Origin: a virus
Taxonomy: Duplodnaviria; Caudoviricetes
Reading direction: 5' to 3' (one strand)
DNA length: 49,985 nt
IMG/VR virus record: IMGVR_UViG_3300022909_001078
Span: 1 to 49,985 of that record
Position numbers and translations under genes: made by a program
Shown here: one piece after another, positions 1-10,318 of the stretch
Numbering within the stretch: position 1 is the first letter of the stretch
How the letters are laid out: every line of letters begins with the position of its first letter
The notes under the pieces: model-generated
Databases searched by the model: none
The model's input: only the letters and a program-made list of their open reading frames with translations
Told to the model about the DNA's origin: nothing

Positions 1-707
1 CACCCCGACCCAAGGGTGGTGTAGTACGTCATCCACCTTTTGTAGCGGAACTCCTCGACCTACTGGATATACGCTGGGAATATACTGACGAACAGTGTGA
101 GTATTCGCGTGTACTATATGGTGCACCGTTAGGTATACTGAATGGTAAACGCTGTAGGCCTCCGGTTGAACAATATGAACTACTGCGTACTCTTATACGT
201 GTGGCTCATGACCGAGCGCCTTCGGCGCCTATCAGTCAGGTATACATAAGCAGACGAGCCCATGCAAATCCGGTTGGTAATCGCAAGAGCGTAATAGGAG
301 AAGATAATACTGTACGTCGTGGACTAGTTAATGAGGATTCAGTTGTAGAGATATTGTGTGATTTAGGCTATACTGAAGTGTTCGGTGAGAACTTGAGTTT
401 GGCTGAAAAGATAGTGTTGTTCCACAGCATGGACCGTTACATAAGCACTGCCGGTGCAGGTGTTGCTAATTTATTATGGACTATGCCACGCAGTTGTAGT
501 GTGGGTGGCATACATACACCGGGTTTTCCTTTCCCCGGTAATGATCATACTACACACATATGCACAGGACCTGAAGTAAACTGTACTATTACAAACTATC
601 CCGGTAGAGTTAGTTTTGTTGATCCTGCAGAGGGTGCTCGTAACTATAATAGTCCCTGGCGTATAGATAACTTAGTGGCTTTTCGTAACTGGGCTCGTAC
701 AGTCTAA
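1..707 (+). CDS. Glycosyltransferase family 61-like (DUF563), 5'-truncated by window edge
   Basis: Frame is open from position 3 (PRPKGGVVRHPPFVAELL...). Motifs VYISRR, RGLVNE, ENLSLAEKIVLF and GAGVANLLW are typical of GT61. Confidence 0.7.
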   Translation, partial: PRPKGGVVRHPPFVAELLDLLDIRWEYTDEQCEYSRVLYGAPLGILNGKRCRPPVEQYELLRTLIRVAHDRAPSAPISQVYISRRAHANPVGNRKSVIGEDNTVRRGLVNEDSVVEILCDLGYTEVFGENLSLAEKIVLFHSMDRYISTAGAGVANLLWTMPRSCSVGGIHTPGFPFPGNDHTTHICTGPEVNCTITNYPGRVSFVDPAEGARNYNSPWRIDNLVAFRNWARTV

Positions 708-1435
708 ACTGTATGTAGTTTACCAAAATGTGTATCATATGGATCCGGTGGACCGTGAAACACTACTATGCTACAGTCATCGGGTATTACCCATTCTACA
801 TCAGGTTGCAAGTAATCTTTGGGATACGTTATACGAGGACTACCGTGACGTGTGCCGCCATGTAGTATTTCCCACTTGTAACTCATACACCAGTTATTAG
901 GCCACCACGTCTTACCTGTATGTGATTTAAACCACCATGTTATATAATCTTGGTCACCCCTAAACTGTCGTGTTAACTGTTGCCAGTTACTGTTAAAGTG
1001 TTCACATATAGCGTTGTATTCGTTAACGGGGAAACGTATTACACTACTATTGCTAACAGGATAGTCACGTATAAACTTACGATTAAAGTCCTGACATATT
1101 ACAAACTTACCCGGTTCATATGTCCATAAGTGTGCAATGTCATTTACTAGTATTGTATCTAAATCCAAGTATAACACATCACCGTACCAGTTAATAGTAT
1201 TACTGAACATAAACACTTTGTACCACCAACAATGCCTGCCTGTAAACCTCCAGTCGTCCGGTAATAATACTGCACGAGTATCACGTAATCCTATTCCCAT
1301 AATACGTGCAGGATCATCAGTTAGCACTGTGAGTCTAGTAGGTATACTGCAATAACGATCTAACTGTTGTCGCTTCTGTACTATGTGCTTATCAGTAAAC
1401 TTAGTTCCTGCGAATACTACGCATACGTCTTTCAT
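704..1435 (-). CDS. GT-A fold glycosyltransferase (GT8-like)
   Basis: WWYKVFMF, LYLDLD (DxD), GDQDYI and VVFHG motifs. Confidence 0.75.
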   Translation of the reverse strand: MKDVCVVFAGTKFTDKHIVQKRQQLDRYCSIPTRLTVLTDDPARIMGIGLRDTRAVLLPDDWRFTGRHCWWYKVFMFSNTINWYGDVLYLDLDTILVNDIAHLWTYEPGKFVICQDFNRKFIRDYPVSNSSVIRFPVNEYNAICEHFNSNWQQLTRQFRGDQDYITWWFKSHTGKTWWPNNWCMSYKWEILHGGTRHGSPRITYPKDYLQPDVEWVIPDDCSIVVFHGPPDPYDTHFGKLHTV

Positions 1436-1998
1436 TGTGTGAACTCATAATTAAAATGTTTAATAACACGTTTAAATGCTTGTGATACTGCATGCCGTGT
1501 AGATTTAGTGTGTGCTATGGATTTACGATTAGTGTCTGATTTTTTAAATGTTGTTAGCATCTCATTGTCGTATGGTAATGGACTGCGGAGTATTTCGTTA
1601 TGTATGTCCTCGTAACGCATTAACTGATCTACACGTACACTGTCGTCGGCATAACGAAACCAACAGTCATATTGTTTAGTGTTGTCTAAACAAAAGTTTT
1701 CGAAATCAACTTTGCCATTAGTATGCCAGTAATAGTAACTAATCATTTTATCCCAGGGATTTCTTTCTACTGCAAACTTATAATAAGTCTGCCATTCAGT
1801 AGGATAATGTTTGGCTATCCAACGCCAGTGTATGTGTCCTTTACGATGCGGTGCGTTTAGTATAGGTGTACCGTCTACGTCACTACCTGTACATATATCC
1901 GTTGGTCCTAGGTATTTGCTAAGAAAGTGTTCAATACTACTACCTGCAGTCTTACGTGTCTTTACAAATATAAATTTATGTTCGTGTGATATTATCAT
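1432..1998 (-). CDS. Sulfotransferase (Sulfotransfer_2-like)
   Basis: FVKTRKTAGSS (5'-PSB loop) and RNPWDKMISYY (3'-PB motif). Confidence 0.8.
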   Translation of the reverse strand: MIISHEHKFIFVKTRKTAGSSIEHFLSKYLGPTDICTGSDVDGTPILNAPHRKGHIHWRWIAKHYPTEWQTYYKFAVERNPWDKMISYYYWHTNGKVDFENFCLDNTKQYDCWFRYADDSVRVDQLMRYEDIHNEILRSPLPYDNEMLTTFKKSDTNRKSIAHTKSTRHAVSQAFKRVIKHFNYEFTQ

Positions 1999-2765
1999 TC
2001 TACAAAACGTGTAGCAGTATACACAGTTTGCCAGTACTGTTCATCACAGTATGTTAAGTTTGGATTACTATTAAACAAACTATTGTATTGTTTATCTGCT
2101 ACTGCTACAAATATTTGTCTAGGTGGTCTACGGTTATCTGCTAGTTGTGTAAAGTAAACATCAGCAAATCCAGCATCCTTACACCAACTCGCGTAACAAG
2201 CAGTAGTAGCACCTGTCCAGTTACTACTTGCATTCAGCTCAGTAGTTCGATAAAACTTACTCTGTGCTACATGTTGATTGGGTGCATTTAGATCCACAAA
2301 TGTTTCGAATATAAAAACACCACGACACACCCGTGCCATATTATCTATTGCGAGCAGTGGATGTCTTAAGTGATACATTAGTCCGTGTGCAAATATCCAA
2401 TCAAACTCTCCACTTGCTTGATATATACTTTCTTTCTTTACTACTACACGACTATTTAGATTTTTATGGTGAAAGTCTAGATTACGTCTGCCCGGTCTTT
2501 CAGCATTTAGTTTATTAATCCAATCCCAGTCTTTCACTGCTCCCCAATCGTAATCCTCGCCCAGCTCTACATCACTTGCTTCTACATATTCTGCACCCTG
2601 CATCTCTGGCCAAAAGGCCCACCAGCCTTCATTAGTTGCTACGTCTAGTACACGTTTGCCTGTAAAGTCATAATCTGTAATGCCCAGTAAGTCTGTCCAT
2701 GTAATAAAGTCTATTTTGCCATATGTAGTTCCATCTGGATATGTAATTTTCATTCTAAAACTCAT
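1995..2765 (-). CDS. Class I SAM-dependent methyltransferase (DUF1698/CmoB-like)
   Basis: GKRVLDVATNEGWW and FDWIFAHGLMYHLRHPLLA motifs. Confidence 0.75.
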   Translation of the reverse strand: MSFRMKITYPDGTTYGKIDFITWTDLLGITDYDFTGKRVLDVATNEGWWAFWPEMQGAEYVEASDVELGEDYDWGAVKDWDWINKLNAERPGRRNLDFHHKNLNSRVVVKKESIYQASGEFDWIFAHGLMYHLRHPLLAIDNMARVCRGVFIFETFVDLNAPNQHVAQSKFYRTTELNASSNWTGATTACYASWCKDAGFADVYFTQLADNRRPPRQIFVAVADKQYNSLFNSNPNLTYCDEQYWQTVYTATRFVE

Positions 2766-2766
2766 A

Positions 2767-3810
2767 CTAAAATCCTATTTGTTTAAGATGATTCCAGGCT
2801 TGCCCGTCTCTTATTTCTTTACGAGTCCACTGTGTATATGCCAAGTTGTGTAACCAAGGTTCTCTATTAATGAACTGTGCATGTTTTGGGTTTGCAAGTT
2901 GATTAGGAGTTAAACATACTGGACTTGCCATACTGCGAATATCATAACAGAAACTAGGAATACCTTGGAGTACTGCCTGTGTAAGTACATTACTATTGTA
3001 TGATACCACAAACTGTGCACCACTCAAATCTTCTTGTAGTCCTTTTCCACCTTCGAAAAATGTTCTGTCTTCCCAGGTTTTACTAAGTGTTACACCTTCT
3101 ATGTAACCCAGTATATTTTTATAACTACTGTACTTTGTTCTTAAGTGTGGTCTTATTACAATAGGTAAATTTGGATGTAAGTTTCTAATCTGATTAATCA
3201 CTAACATTAACCAATGTCTGTATTTGCCGTGTGTTTCATGCATAGGTATAAGTGTACTATCATTTACTTTTTGTAAACATATTAATGCATAACCACCTTT
3301 ACCAGTTCTCCAATCACGTACTTGTATACCCTGTGCTTTTTTTATAGTATTCCATCTATCACCTGGGCAGTCTATATTATTAAAGTAACCCTGTCTTAAA
3401 AAGTGAAACCAACCAAGTGTGTAATACCAATCGTCTGGATTGCCTTTATAACTGTTTTGTCTAAATGCACTTAGCTCACAAACTAGATAGGGACGACCTG
3501 TGCTTTTAATATAGTCATATGCTATGTCTTTAGTAGTTCCATCTTCATTAACATTACTGGGTTTATCTACATTTATTTGGAAAAAATACTGTGACTTGTA
3601 TTTGTGTCTGTCTTCAAAGTCTATAATTTTCCAATCTTCCTTACCAAACTCAATAGGAAAATCATCTGATAACTGATGCTTAAATGCTATCATCTCACAA
3701 CGTTCTTTAGCAAATATATCTTCAGGATCAGACAGGTCTATGTTTTTACGGTGATCTCCCCATTTTTTTGCTTCACGTATTTGTTTGTCTGACATGTGAT
3801 TAATGGACAT
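2767..3810 (-). CDS. Capsule-polysaccharide (KpsS/KpsC-like) putative glycosyltransferase, paralogue 1
   Basis: IVIRPH, VVSYNSNV..AVLQGIP and C-terminal WLHNLAYTQWT..EI..G motifs. Start moved to ATG 3810, which forms a TAATG overlap with the upstream stop. Confidence 0.55.
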   Translation of the reverse strand: MSINHMSDKQIREAKKWGDHRKNIDLSDPEDIFAKERCEMIAFKHQLSDDFPIEFGKEDWKIIDFEDRHKYKSQYFFQINVDKPSNVNEDGTTKDIAYDYIKSTGRPYLVCELSAFRQNSYKGNPDDWYYTLGWFHFLRQGYFNNIDCPGDRWNTIKKAQGIQVRDWRTGKGGYALICLQKVNDSTLIPMHETHGKYRHWLMLVINQIRNLHPNLPIVIRPHLRTKYSSYKNILGYIEGVTLSKTWEDRTFFEGGKGLQEDLSGAQFVVSYNSNVLTQAVLQGIPSFCYDIRSMASPVCLTPNQLANPKHAQFINREPWLHNLAYTQWTRKEIRDGQAWNHLKQIGF

Positions 3811-4739
3811 TAGTTTTGTTCCTGTAACATACGCCACGCAGTACCGTCTTCTATATCTCTACGTTTCCATTGATTATATGCTAACCAATATAATAAAGGT
3901 GCTCTGTTGGTTGGTTCAGTGTTAAACTCTTCTGGATCCTGTTGATTATTGTAAACATCTAATTTATAACTTACTCTATTGCAACAACTGTTCTCGCTAG
4001 TGATTACAGGTATACCTTTCATTGTTGCTTCTAGTGCAACCATACTATTATAAGCAACTACACACTGAGCATCCATTAGTGCTTGTTCTAAAGGTTGATC
4101 CTGTTGAGGATAAGTTTTAAGTTCTAGTAAATTTCCATCACCATCTACAACTGGTTCTTTTGGTTTACGTCTTACTTGTATACGATAATGTTCACTTTCA
4201 GGTAGAAGGGTTTTAAGTTTGTTAACCACACTGTCTAACCATTCGTCAGGACCTTGATTAAAAAACCATGCTACTGCTCCTGTTGGAGGTAGAACAAGAA
4301 TGTTACGACCTCTATCTTTGTTTTGTTTCCAGGGCAAACATTGATAGCCATGATGTTTGTGAAATCCGTTCCAGCGGTCTTTATCTACATCTCTCAAATT
4401 AATACAAGTATGTGCGTTCTTTGTAATTCTCATCCAGCCTTTGCCGCCATATCCAGGACAAAAATATGCGTGGTCTATATAGTAATAGTCAACTCCAGAT
4501 ATAGTTTTGATATCTTTTAACATCTTTCCTGTGCCACGCAGTATACCAAGTGTAGCCACTGCATCACCATAGTTTAAGTCTCCTGGTAGGCCATTTTTTA
4601 AATAACTCGTAATTGGTATGTGTTTAACCTGCCATCCACCGTTAGTTTCGTTGTTGTGTCTTATTGCACCTCTTGCAAAGGATAAAGTAATGTTTGATGT
4701 TTTATGACGATTAGTATCATATACAAATAATTTAGGCAT
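3810..4739 (-). CDS. KpsS/KpsC-like putative glycosyltransferase, paralogue 2
   Basis: VRRKP, VVAYNSMVALEATMKGIPV and LYWLAYNQW motifs. Confidence 0.55.
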   Translation of the reverse strand: MPKLFVYDTNRHKTSNITLSFARGAIRHNNETNGGWQVKHIPITSYLKNGLPGDLNYGDAVATLGILRGTGKMLKDIKTISGVDYYYIDHAYFCPGYGGKGWMRITKNAHTCINLRDVDKDRWNGFHKHHGYQCLPWKQNKDRGRNILVLPPTGAVAWFFNQGPDEWLDSVVNKLKTLLPESEHYRIQVRRKPKEPVVDGDGNLLELKTYPQQDQPLEQALMDAQCVVAYNSMVALEATMKGIPVITSENSCCNRVSYKLDVYNNQQDPEEFNTEPTNRAPLLYWLAYNQWKRRDIEDGTAWRMLQEQN

Positions 4740-5484
4740 TGAGTATCTCTTGGGCTAATCCTGATTCTATTTCACTATGTGTAAACTGACTATATGCTAG
4801 GTTATAAAACCATTGCATAGTATCCACACGTTTAGGATTTTCGATTTCATCTATATTAGTACTACTTATATCCTTAGCAAAACTATCAGTATGACAAATG
4901 GTTGGTATACCTAACAATTGTGCTTCTATTGCACATAAACTTATACTTGTTACAACACAATGAGTATCCTTTGCTTGTTCACTAAAAGGTATCTTTGCAA
5001 CACTAGGTCCACTTGTTCCATTTGCTCTTGGTTTATATCTTATTTCTATAGGTCTATCAGTATATTTTTTCAACGTAGTAACTGTATTGTCTAACCATTC
5101 TTGAACTGTTTGTCCTGTAATATATCTGGTCATTGTTTCACTACTAGGACATATAAGAATTTTAGTACCTTTAGTGTATTCTTTTGGCGTTACATTCCAT
5201 TGTTTAAATCTATCATTAGGATAATTTTTTGTATGTCTATAGTGTATATGATTTTTACTAGCTCTCCAATAAAAATCCTGTTTTATATCTCTATGCCATC
5301 TACCATAGTAAGGCATATCCCAAAAGAACCAATCTATTCTATGTTTAGTTAGTTGTTTAGTTTTATATTCGTTGTTGTTTATAAAACCCCAAAAGTGATG
5401 TTCACTCCCTCGCCAACCCTTTGCTAGACTATCCATTACCCAATTACATTTACTATCTGGTTTCGATGGATGTCTATACAACAT
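4732..5484 (-). CDS. KpsS/KpsC-like putative glycosyltransferase, paralogue 3
   Basis: IEIRYKP, VVTSISLCAIEAQLLGIP and WFYNLAYSQF motifs. Confidence 0.55.
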   Translation of the reverse strand: MLYRHPSKPDSKCNWVMDSLAKGWRGSEHHFWGFINNNEYKTKQLTKHRIDWFFWDMPYYGRWHRDIKQDFYWRASKNHIHYRHTKNYPNDRFKQWNVTPKEYTKGTKILICPSSETMTRYITGQTVQEWLDNTVTTLKKYTDRPIEIRYKPRANGTSGPSVAKIPFSEQAKDTHCVVTSISLCAIEAQLLGIPTICHTDSFAKDISSTNIDEIENPKRVDTMQWFYNLAYSQFTHSEIESGLAQEILNA

Positions 5485-6299
5485 TAGTAAGTAGCACTCT
5501 TATGATCTGATTGTCTTACATCTATATTTTCTGCACTATACTCGCCTTTTAGTTCATCTACAATATCATTGACATAACGTCCTTGAAACGGTATTTGAAA
5601 AGGTGTATCTTTAGTTTTTGTGTATGCAGTTACTATACTTACGTTATGTGCTTTGCCATCTCTGTTATGTAATTCATCATATGCACGTTCTAATTCACTA
5701 AGTGGTGCACGTGGCTTCTTTTGTTCATAGTGTGTCCAACTATCCATTGTAGTAGGACAATCTATATACTTGCCTGTGTTTTGTGCAAGCCACATGAAAC
5801 GCCATTCGTATCCGTTAGCGGCGGCTATGTCTCTGAATAATCCTGGATGAAAACTATAGAAGCAATGATTAAACCATGGAGCAAAAGGCAGAACATTTAT
5901 CATTGTACCACCTACACGACATAAGTTGTGCATATTTTCGAACACAGTTCGTTGGTCAAATATATGCTCACCTGTTCCGTTGTTTGTTACATAATCAAAT
6001 TGTTGTGTATAGTTGTACTTGTCTTTTAAAATAAAATTCAAGTCCATTGCAATACTTCTTAGTTCAGTATTAATATCAATAGCAAGGTAATCACTAAACC
6101 CAAGATCCTCAAAGTATTCCCAGACATATTGCGTTGGGCGTCTAAGTTTTTTTCCTGATCTTTTTTCACATTCATTGATCCATCCTTCACTGTACCTAAA
6201 ACGTTGATTGCCCCATTCAACTACAGTAGCACCAGGGTTGAACGCACCTTGTTGTGTTAGAGTTGCAGTTGCTAGTTGCATAATATTATTGAAAGCCAT
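5484..6299 (-). CDS. Methyltransferase-like protein
   Basis: VVEWGNQ, MDLN and FDYVTNNGTGEHIFDQ..VFENMHNLCRVGG motifs. Confidence 0.65.
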   Translation of the reverse strand: MAFNNIMQLATATLTQQGAFNPGATVVEWGNQRFRYSEGWINECEKRSGKKLRRPTQYVWEYFEDLGFSDYLAIDINTELRSIAMDLNFILKDKYNYTQQFDYVTNNGTGEHIFDQRTVFENMHNLCRVGGTMINVLPFAPWFNHCFYSFHPGLFRDIAAANGYEWRFMWLAQNTGKYIDCPTTMDSWTHYEQKKPRAPLSELERAYDELHNRDGKAHNVSIVTAYTKTKDTPFQIPFQGRYVNDIVDELKGEYSAENIDVRQSDHKSATY

Positions 6300-7419
6300 T
6301 GATTAACTCCTCAACTTGGCTGAATGTTTCAGCAAAATTTAAATTACGATATAAATCGTGTTGATCTTTTCTAGTTAAAAATTCTTGGTAATACTGACTG
6401 CTATCGTTATTTTCTACAAAATTACCCCATACACGTACATCTTCATGTCTACTAGTCTTTAAATGATTTGCAATTTTTTCTCTTATAGGATTTGGGAATA
6501 CAGTTGGTTTCATATGTTTTGGATTATGTACTGCTCCACACCATGGCTTTGGTAATCCGTAAGCTGCACACCAATCAAAAAAATCACTAAGGTAGTAAAT
6601 GTTATAGGCACTAACAGTATGACTCACACTAATTTTAAGGTTAGGTGTTTTGTCCTGTTGAGCCTTATACTTTATAATAGATTCTTCTAGAAGTTCATTT
6701 TTTGCAGGATATCTTATATACTCATATTTTCTACCAACACCATCAACACTAAGTTGTATATCTACCTCAGAAAAGTTTTGCCAAAGTTCCCACCAATCCT
6801 CACTAGGAAAAAGTTGTGCATTTGTTGTGTAATGAAGAGTAATGTTTTTACTTTGTCCGCTATCTACATATTTTTGTAAGAGTGTTTTTTGTTTTGAAAT
6901 TTCACTAAGTAATGGTTCGCCACCTGGAATATCAAAATGTATTACATTAGGCATTGCATTATATATTTCGTTTGCATCAGCACTAATAGTTTCTACTGGT
7001 TTTATATCTATGCCATATATATCATTATATTCTTTACGCCATCTACTACTAGATGAAGATTTACACGTAATACATTTTAGATTACAAGTATTACCAAAGG
7101 CTATACTTGCAACTATGTAACCTCTATCTTCAGTATAAGTATCCCAATCTGTTTTCCATCTTTCATAATCTAGTATCCTTTTACTCTTTATGCCATTGTC
7201 TTCTTCAGTTTTACATCTTATACATTCTATAGGCCACTCACCTTTGATCATCTTATCTTTAATATTTTTGAGAAAGTCACTAGTTGTGTATTCAGCAATA
7301 CTTTGGTTTAGAATATTAGGTTTATCTTCATGCTTTAATTGTATTTTACAACAAGGTGTTATAGATCCACGTGGACTTATATCTATACTTGTCCATGGTA
7401 CAAGACAAAGAGGTTTCAT
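6286..7419 (-). CDS. Radical SAM protein with N-terminal SPASM/twitch-like Cys cluster
   Basis: CNLKCITC, GGEPLL, YTTNA, SVDG and YEYIRYP; N-terminal CLVPW..PCC..CIRC. Confidence 0.85.
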   Translation of the reverse strand: MKPLCLVPWTSIDISPRGSITPCCKIQLKHEDKPNILNQSIAEYTTSDFLKNIKDKMIKGEWPIECIRCKTEEDNGIKSKRILDYERWKTDWDTYTEDRGYIVASIAFGNTCNLKCITCKSSSSSRWRKEYNDIYGIDIKPVETISADANEIYNAMPNVIHFDIPGGEPLLSEISKQKTLLQKYVDSGQSKNITLHYTTNAQLFPSEDWWELWQNFSEVDIQLSVDGVGRKYEYIRYPAKNELLEESIIKYKAQQDKTPNLKISVSHTVSAYNIYYLSDFFDWCAAYGLPKPWCGAVHNPKHMKPTVFPNPIREKIANHLKTSRHEDVRVWGNFVENNDSSQYYQEFLTRKDQHDLYRNLNFAETFSQVEELINGFQ

Positions 7420-8633
7420 TAGTCTACTTTTTGAAAATGATAATATTCACGTTTACCACTAGGTCTGGCTTGACCGTGATCTATCTGTTTAAACTTTTGT
7501 TTGAATGCTTTTATCATTGCATTTGTATGTTCTATATTATTGGGACGGTTTTCTAGCTTTTGTGTTTCATGTACAACTATACCACCAGGTGCAACTAAAT
7601 CATAATACTTACTCACTATTTGTTCTTCAGTAAGTCCACCAAAATCACGTAGTTGAATACTTACTGCAAGACTTAGTAAAATATCATATTGATCTGTTGT
7701 TTCAGAAAACTCATTAAATGTTTTTTTAATCCATTGAACATTTGCAGGTTTATCATCTGGTAGTTCTACGAAAGGTTCAATACCTGTCGCACTTGATACC
7801 ATAGGTGCTACTAGTTGTGTTATATAACCATCATTACATCCAATGTCTACAAGTTTATGTTCTGGCTTACAAACTTCATTTAGTTTCATACGTTTTACTC
7901 TATCAATAGCATCAGCAGTACCAAAACGTTTTTGATACTTTTTCCATTCGTTTACTATCTTTTCGCTAGGTTGTGTAAATGTAGTCATTGATTTATATAC
8001 CTCTCTAGGGTTACGGTCTTTAAGTACGTGTATTTTTTCTTTATCAGGCAACTTTGCTACTAGTTCTGCTTCATAACAAGCTCTTGGATTTTTAAGTGCA
8101 TCTATTAATGTTTGTCTAAATGTATCTGGATTATACTTTGCGTACAATTCTTTGAACCTATCACTCATATTAGATTCAGCTTCACTATCAACTGGACAAG
8201 CCATCTCAAAATCTATTAAACTTAATTCTCCATCTTGTATACAAAAGTTACTTAAAGGAAATACATTTTGTTTGTTTACTTTTGCTTTTCCATCCATTCC
8301 TACATGAAAGTATTTTATTTTATGTTTTTCTAATGTATCAGCAATCCTATTTGCTTGTTCTAAGTATAGCATAAGATTGTGTTCTTGCCAAGTATTAAAT
8401 AAACTTTCACCAGTGTTTGTCATTTTAATACCTAGTATATCATTATAAGTTTCAATAATTTGTGGGAAATGCAATTCACCTATAAGTCTGTTTAGACAAG
8501 TTGTTTCTCTATTCCAACAATCTTGATATGTGCCTCTACTTGGTTTAAGTGCTTTGTTCCTTATGTTAAAAATTTTTACTACAGTTTCATCACCAATGAA
8601 TACACCACTAGTTTTTCCTATACTGTATTTCAT
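7419..8633 (-). CDS. Kinase-like plus methyltransferase fusion protein
   Basis: N-terminal VVKIF..E..HFPQII..LIDFE (kinase-like); C-terminal LVDIGCNDG..YDILLSLAV (MTase). Start at 8633 by TAATG coupling. Confidence 0.6.
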   Translation of the reverse strand: MKYSIGKTSGVFIGDETVVKIFNIRNKALKPSRGTYQDCWNRETTCLNRLIGELHFPQIIETYNDILGIKMTNTGESLFNTWQEHNLMLYLEQANRIADTLEKHKIKYFHVGMDGKAKVNKQNVFPLSNFCIQDGELSLIDFEMACPVDSEAESNMSDRFKELYAKYNPDTFRQTLIDALKNPRACYEAELVAKLPDKEKIHVLKDRNPREVYKSMTTFTQPSEKIVNEWKKYQKRFGTADAIDRVKRMKLNEVCKPEHKLVDIGCNDGYITQLVAPMVSSATGIEPFVELPDDKPANVQWIKKTFNEFSETTDQYDILLSLAVSIQLRDFGGLTEEQIVSKYYDLVAPGGIVVHETQKLENRPNNIEHTNAMIKAFKQKFKQIDHGQARPSGKREYYHFQKVD

Positions 8634-9400
8634 TAGTTTTTTATTTCTTTTACTTTCCACATTTTACCATTGCCATTAAACTCGCCAATGATATTAATAC
8701 TACGTCTACGTTCTGTTGGTTGTATACGAGGAGTAACACTATGAATACTTCCCATAACATTTAAGAACATACAAAAACTATTTGCTTTGTATGGTACTTC
8801 ACGTACAGGTTTATGTATATTATCTGCTACCTGTCTACCTAAACTTTTATTTACTTGTTCTATGTTTCCTGTTTGCTCGTGTATAGTAAAGTTTCCACCT
8901 GCACTTGTATCGTTTGGTTTACGCATGTACAATAGTCCTGCATATATTTCTACAGGATTATCTACATGTGGTGTACGACTTGTACCAGTTTGGTCAACAG
9001 GTTCATGCACAACAAATTGACAATCAGTAACATATGAACCACTATTGTCCACATCTCTTGTAGTAATATTATCAGCATTCAAAAGGTTCTCATACTGTGG
9101 GTAAGACTTCATTATCACAGGCTCAAATAACTTTATACATGCTTTAAAGTATTCTGGACTTGTATGATATGCAAAAAAGTCTTGCCAAATAGCAGGAGGT
9201 GCTTCATTAGCAACTTCTTTACTTTTGTATCTATAGGTTATTCCTCCATCGTGTGGTTGTGTACTACATACCAATTGTTCAGGAAAACTATCTGCTAACT
9301 CCTTATACAAGTTATCAGGTAGTGCCTCTTCTACACATACATAGGGATATGGATCTTCTTCTACTACTTTTACATTTTGAATACAACTTAAATTACTCAT
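8633..9400 (-). CDS. 2OG-Fe(II) oxygenase
   Basis: PHVD (HxD), GLLYM, GGNF, SIHSVT and RRSIN. Confidence 0.8.
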   Translation of the reverse strand: MSNLSCIQNVKVVEEDPYPYVCVEEALPDNLYKELADSFPEQLVCSTQPHDGGITYRYKSKEVANEAPPAIWQDFFAYHTSPEYFKACIKLFEPVIMKSYPQYENLLNADNITTRDVDNSGSYVTDCQFVVHEPVDQTGTSRTPHVDNPVEIYAGLLYMRKPNDTSAGGNFTIHEQTGNIEQVNKSLGRQVADNIHKPVREVPYKANSFCMFLNVMGSIHSVTPRIQPTERRRSINIIGEFNGNGKMWKVKEIKN

Positions 9401-10290
9401 TTTTTAATTCCTTGAGATTTTTGTTCTTGTGCCGCATCATATTCATGTGGTTTTTTCATTTTTTCTGCACGTATTTGTTGTTTAGTAACTTGTCTTAAAT
9501 CTTGCCAGTGTGGGTTACTGTGATGTTGGAACCCACCTACTAAATCACCTGCTAAACTTTTGCCTACTTCTTTTCTAAATCCTTTTAGGTGATCCATGTA
9601 TGCACCTAGCGGACTGTTAATAAAAATGTGTCCTCCTTTATCCGGACCACCTAAGTCATTCATTTCTACTCCTATAGATTTAAAATCTTCTATAAGCTCT
9701 CCAAATATAAAACTATCGTGGTACTCTACATGATTGAATATGTCATCGCTTTCGTATATCCATCTCCACTGTTCTATAAATTCTTCAAACTTTGGATGAT
9801 TACGATTAAACATCATCCAACCACATTCGGGCCATGTGCGTCTGCCTAAGTACGTTGCTAATTGATTCTCATTAGGAGCTATACTGTGTAAGAAATCTAA
9901 TGACATAGGCGTATGTGTTCTTACATCACCATCGCACCAAATAAAAATATCTGTATTACAAGTTTTTGCAAAATGCCATAGAGCAAAAGTTTTATTTGCA
10001 AACCGGCTTGCGTCCCATAAAAAACTTTTTTTACTTTTGTCTTTATTCCAACCATGTGCATGTGGATTATCTTTGTGTCTTTCTTGCCAAGCCTTTAGGT
10101 CTGGCAGTGTAGTTCTTTGATCATTAAGTTTTATGTTATGATTGCCTTGAACGTCTGGATTATGATCCTCTGCATAAATTGTTAGAGGAACTTCTTTTGG
10201 CCAACAATTGTTATACCCTGTAATAAATTGCTTGCCATATTTTTTGTATCCTGTTGGGTGCCAAGAGGTAAATACTGATAATGTACGCAT
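9397..10290 (-). CDS. GT-A glycosyltransferase / nucleotide-diphospho-sugar transferase
   Basis: WDASRFANK, IWCDGD (DxD), ECGW, YHDSFIF and DHLKG. Start placed at 10290, 5 nt after TAAATA. Confidence 0.7.
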   Translation of the reverse strand: MRTLSVFTSWHPTGYKKYGKQFITGYNNCWPKEVPLTIYAEDHNPDVQGNHNIKLNDQRTTLPDLKAWQERHKDNPHAHGWNKDKSKKSFLWDASRFANKTFALWHFAKTCNTDIFIWCDGDVRTHTPMSLDFLHSIAPNENQLATYLGRRTWPECGWMMFNRNHPKFEEFIEQWRWIYESDDIFNHVEYHDSFIFGELIEDFKSIGVEMNDLGGPDKGGHIFINSPLGAYMDHLKGFRKEVGKSLAGDLVGGFQHHSNPHWQDLRQVTKQQIRAEKMKKPHEYDAAQEQKSQGIKK

Positions 10291-10295
10291 ATAAC

Positions 10296-10301
10296 TATTT
10301 A
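10296..10301 (-). promoter_or_regulatory. T4-like late promoter core (TAAATA), leaderless start of the modification operon
   Basis: Minus strand reads AATAAATA-gttat-ATG. Confidence 0.65.
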
Positions 10302-10318
10302 TTACTTCAAAAATCAAC

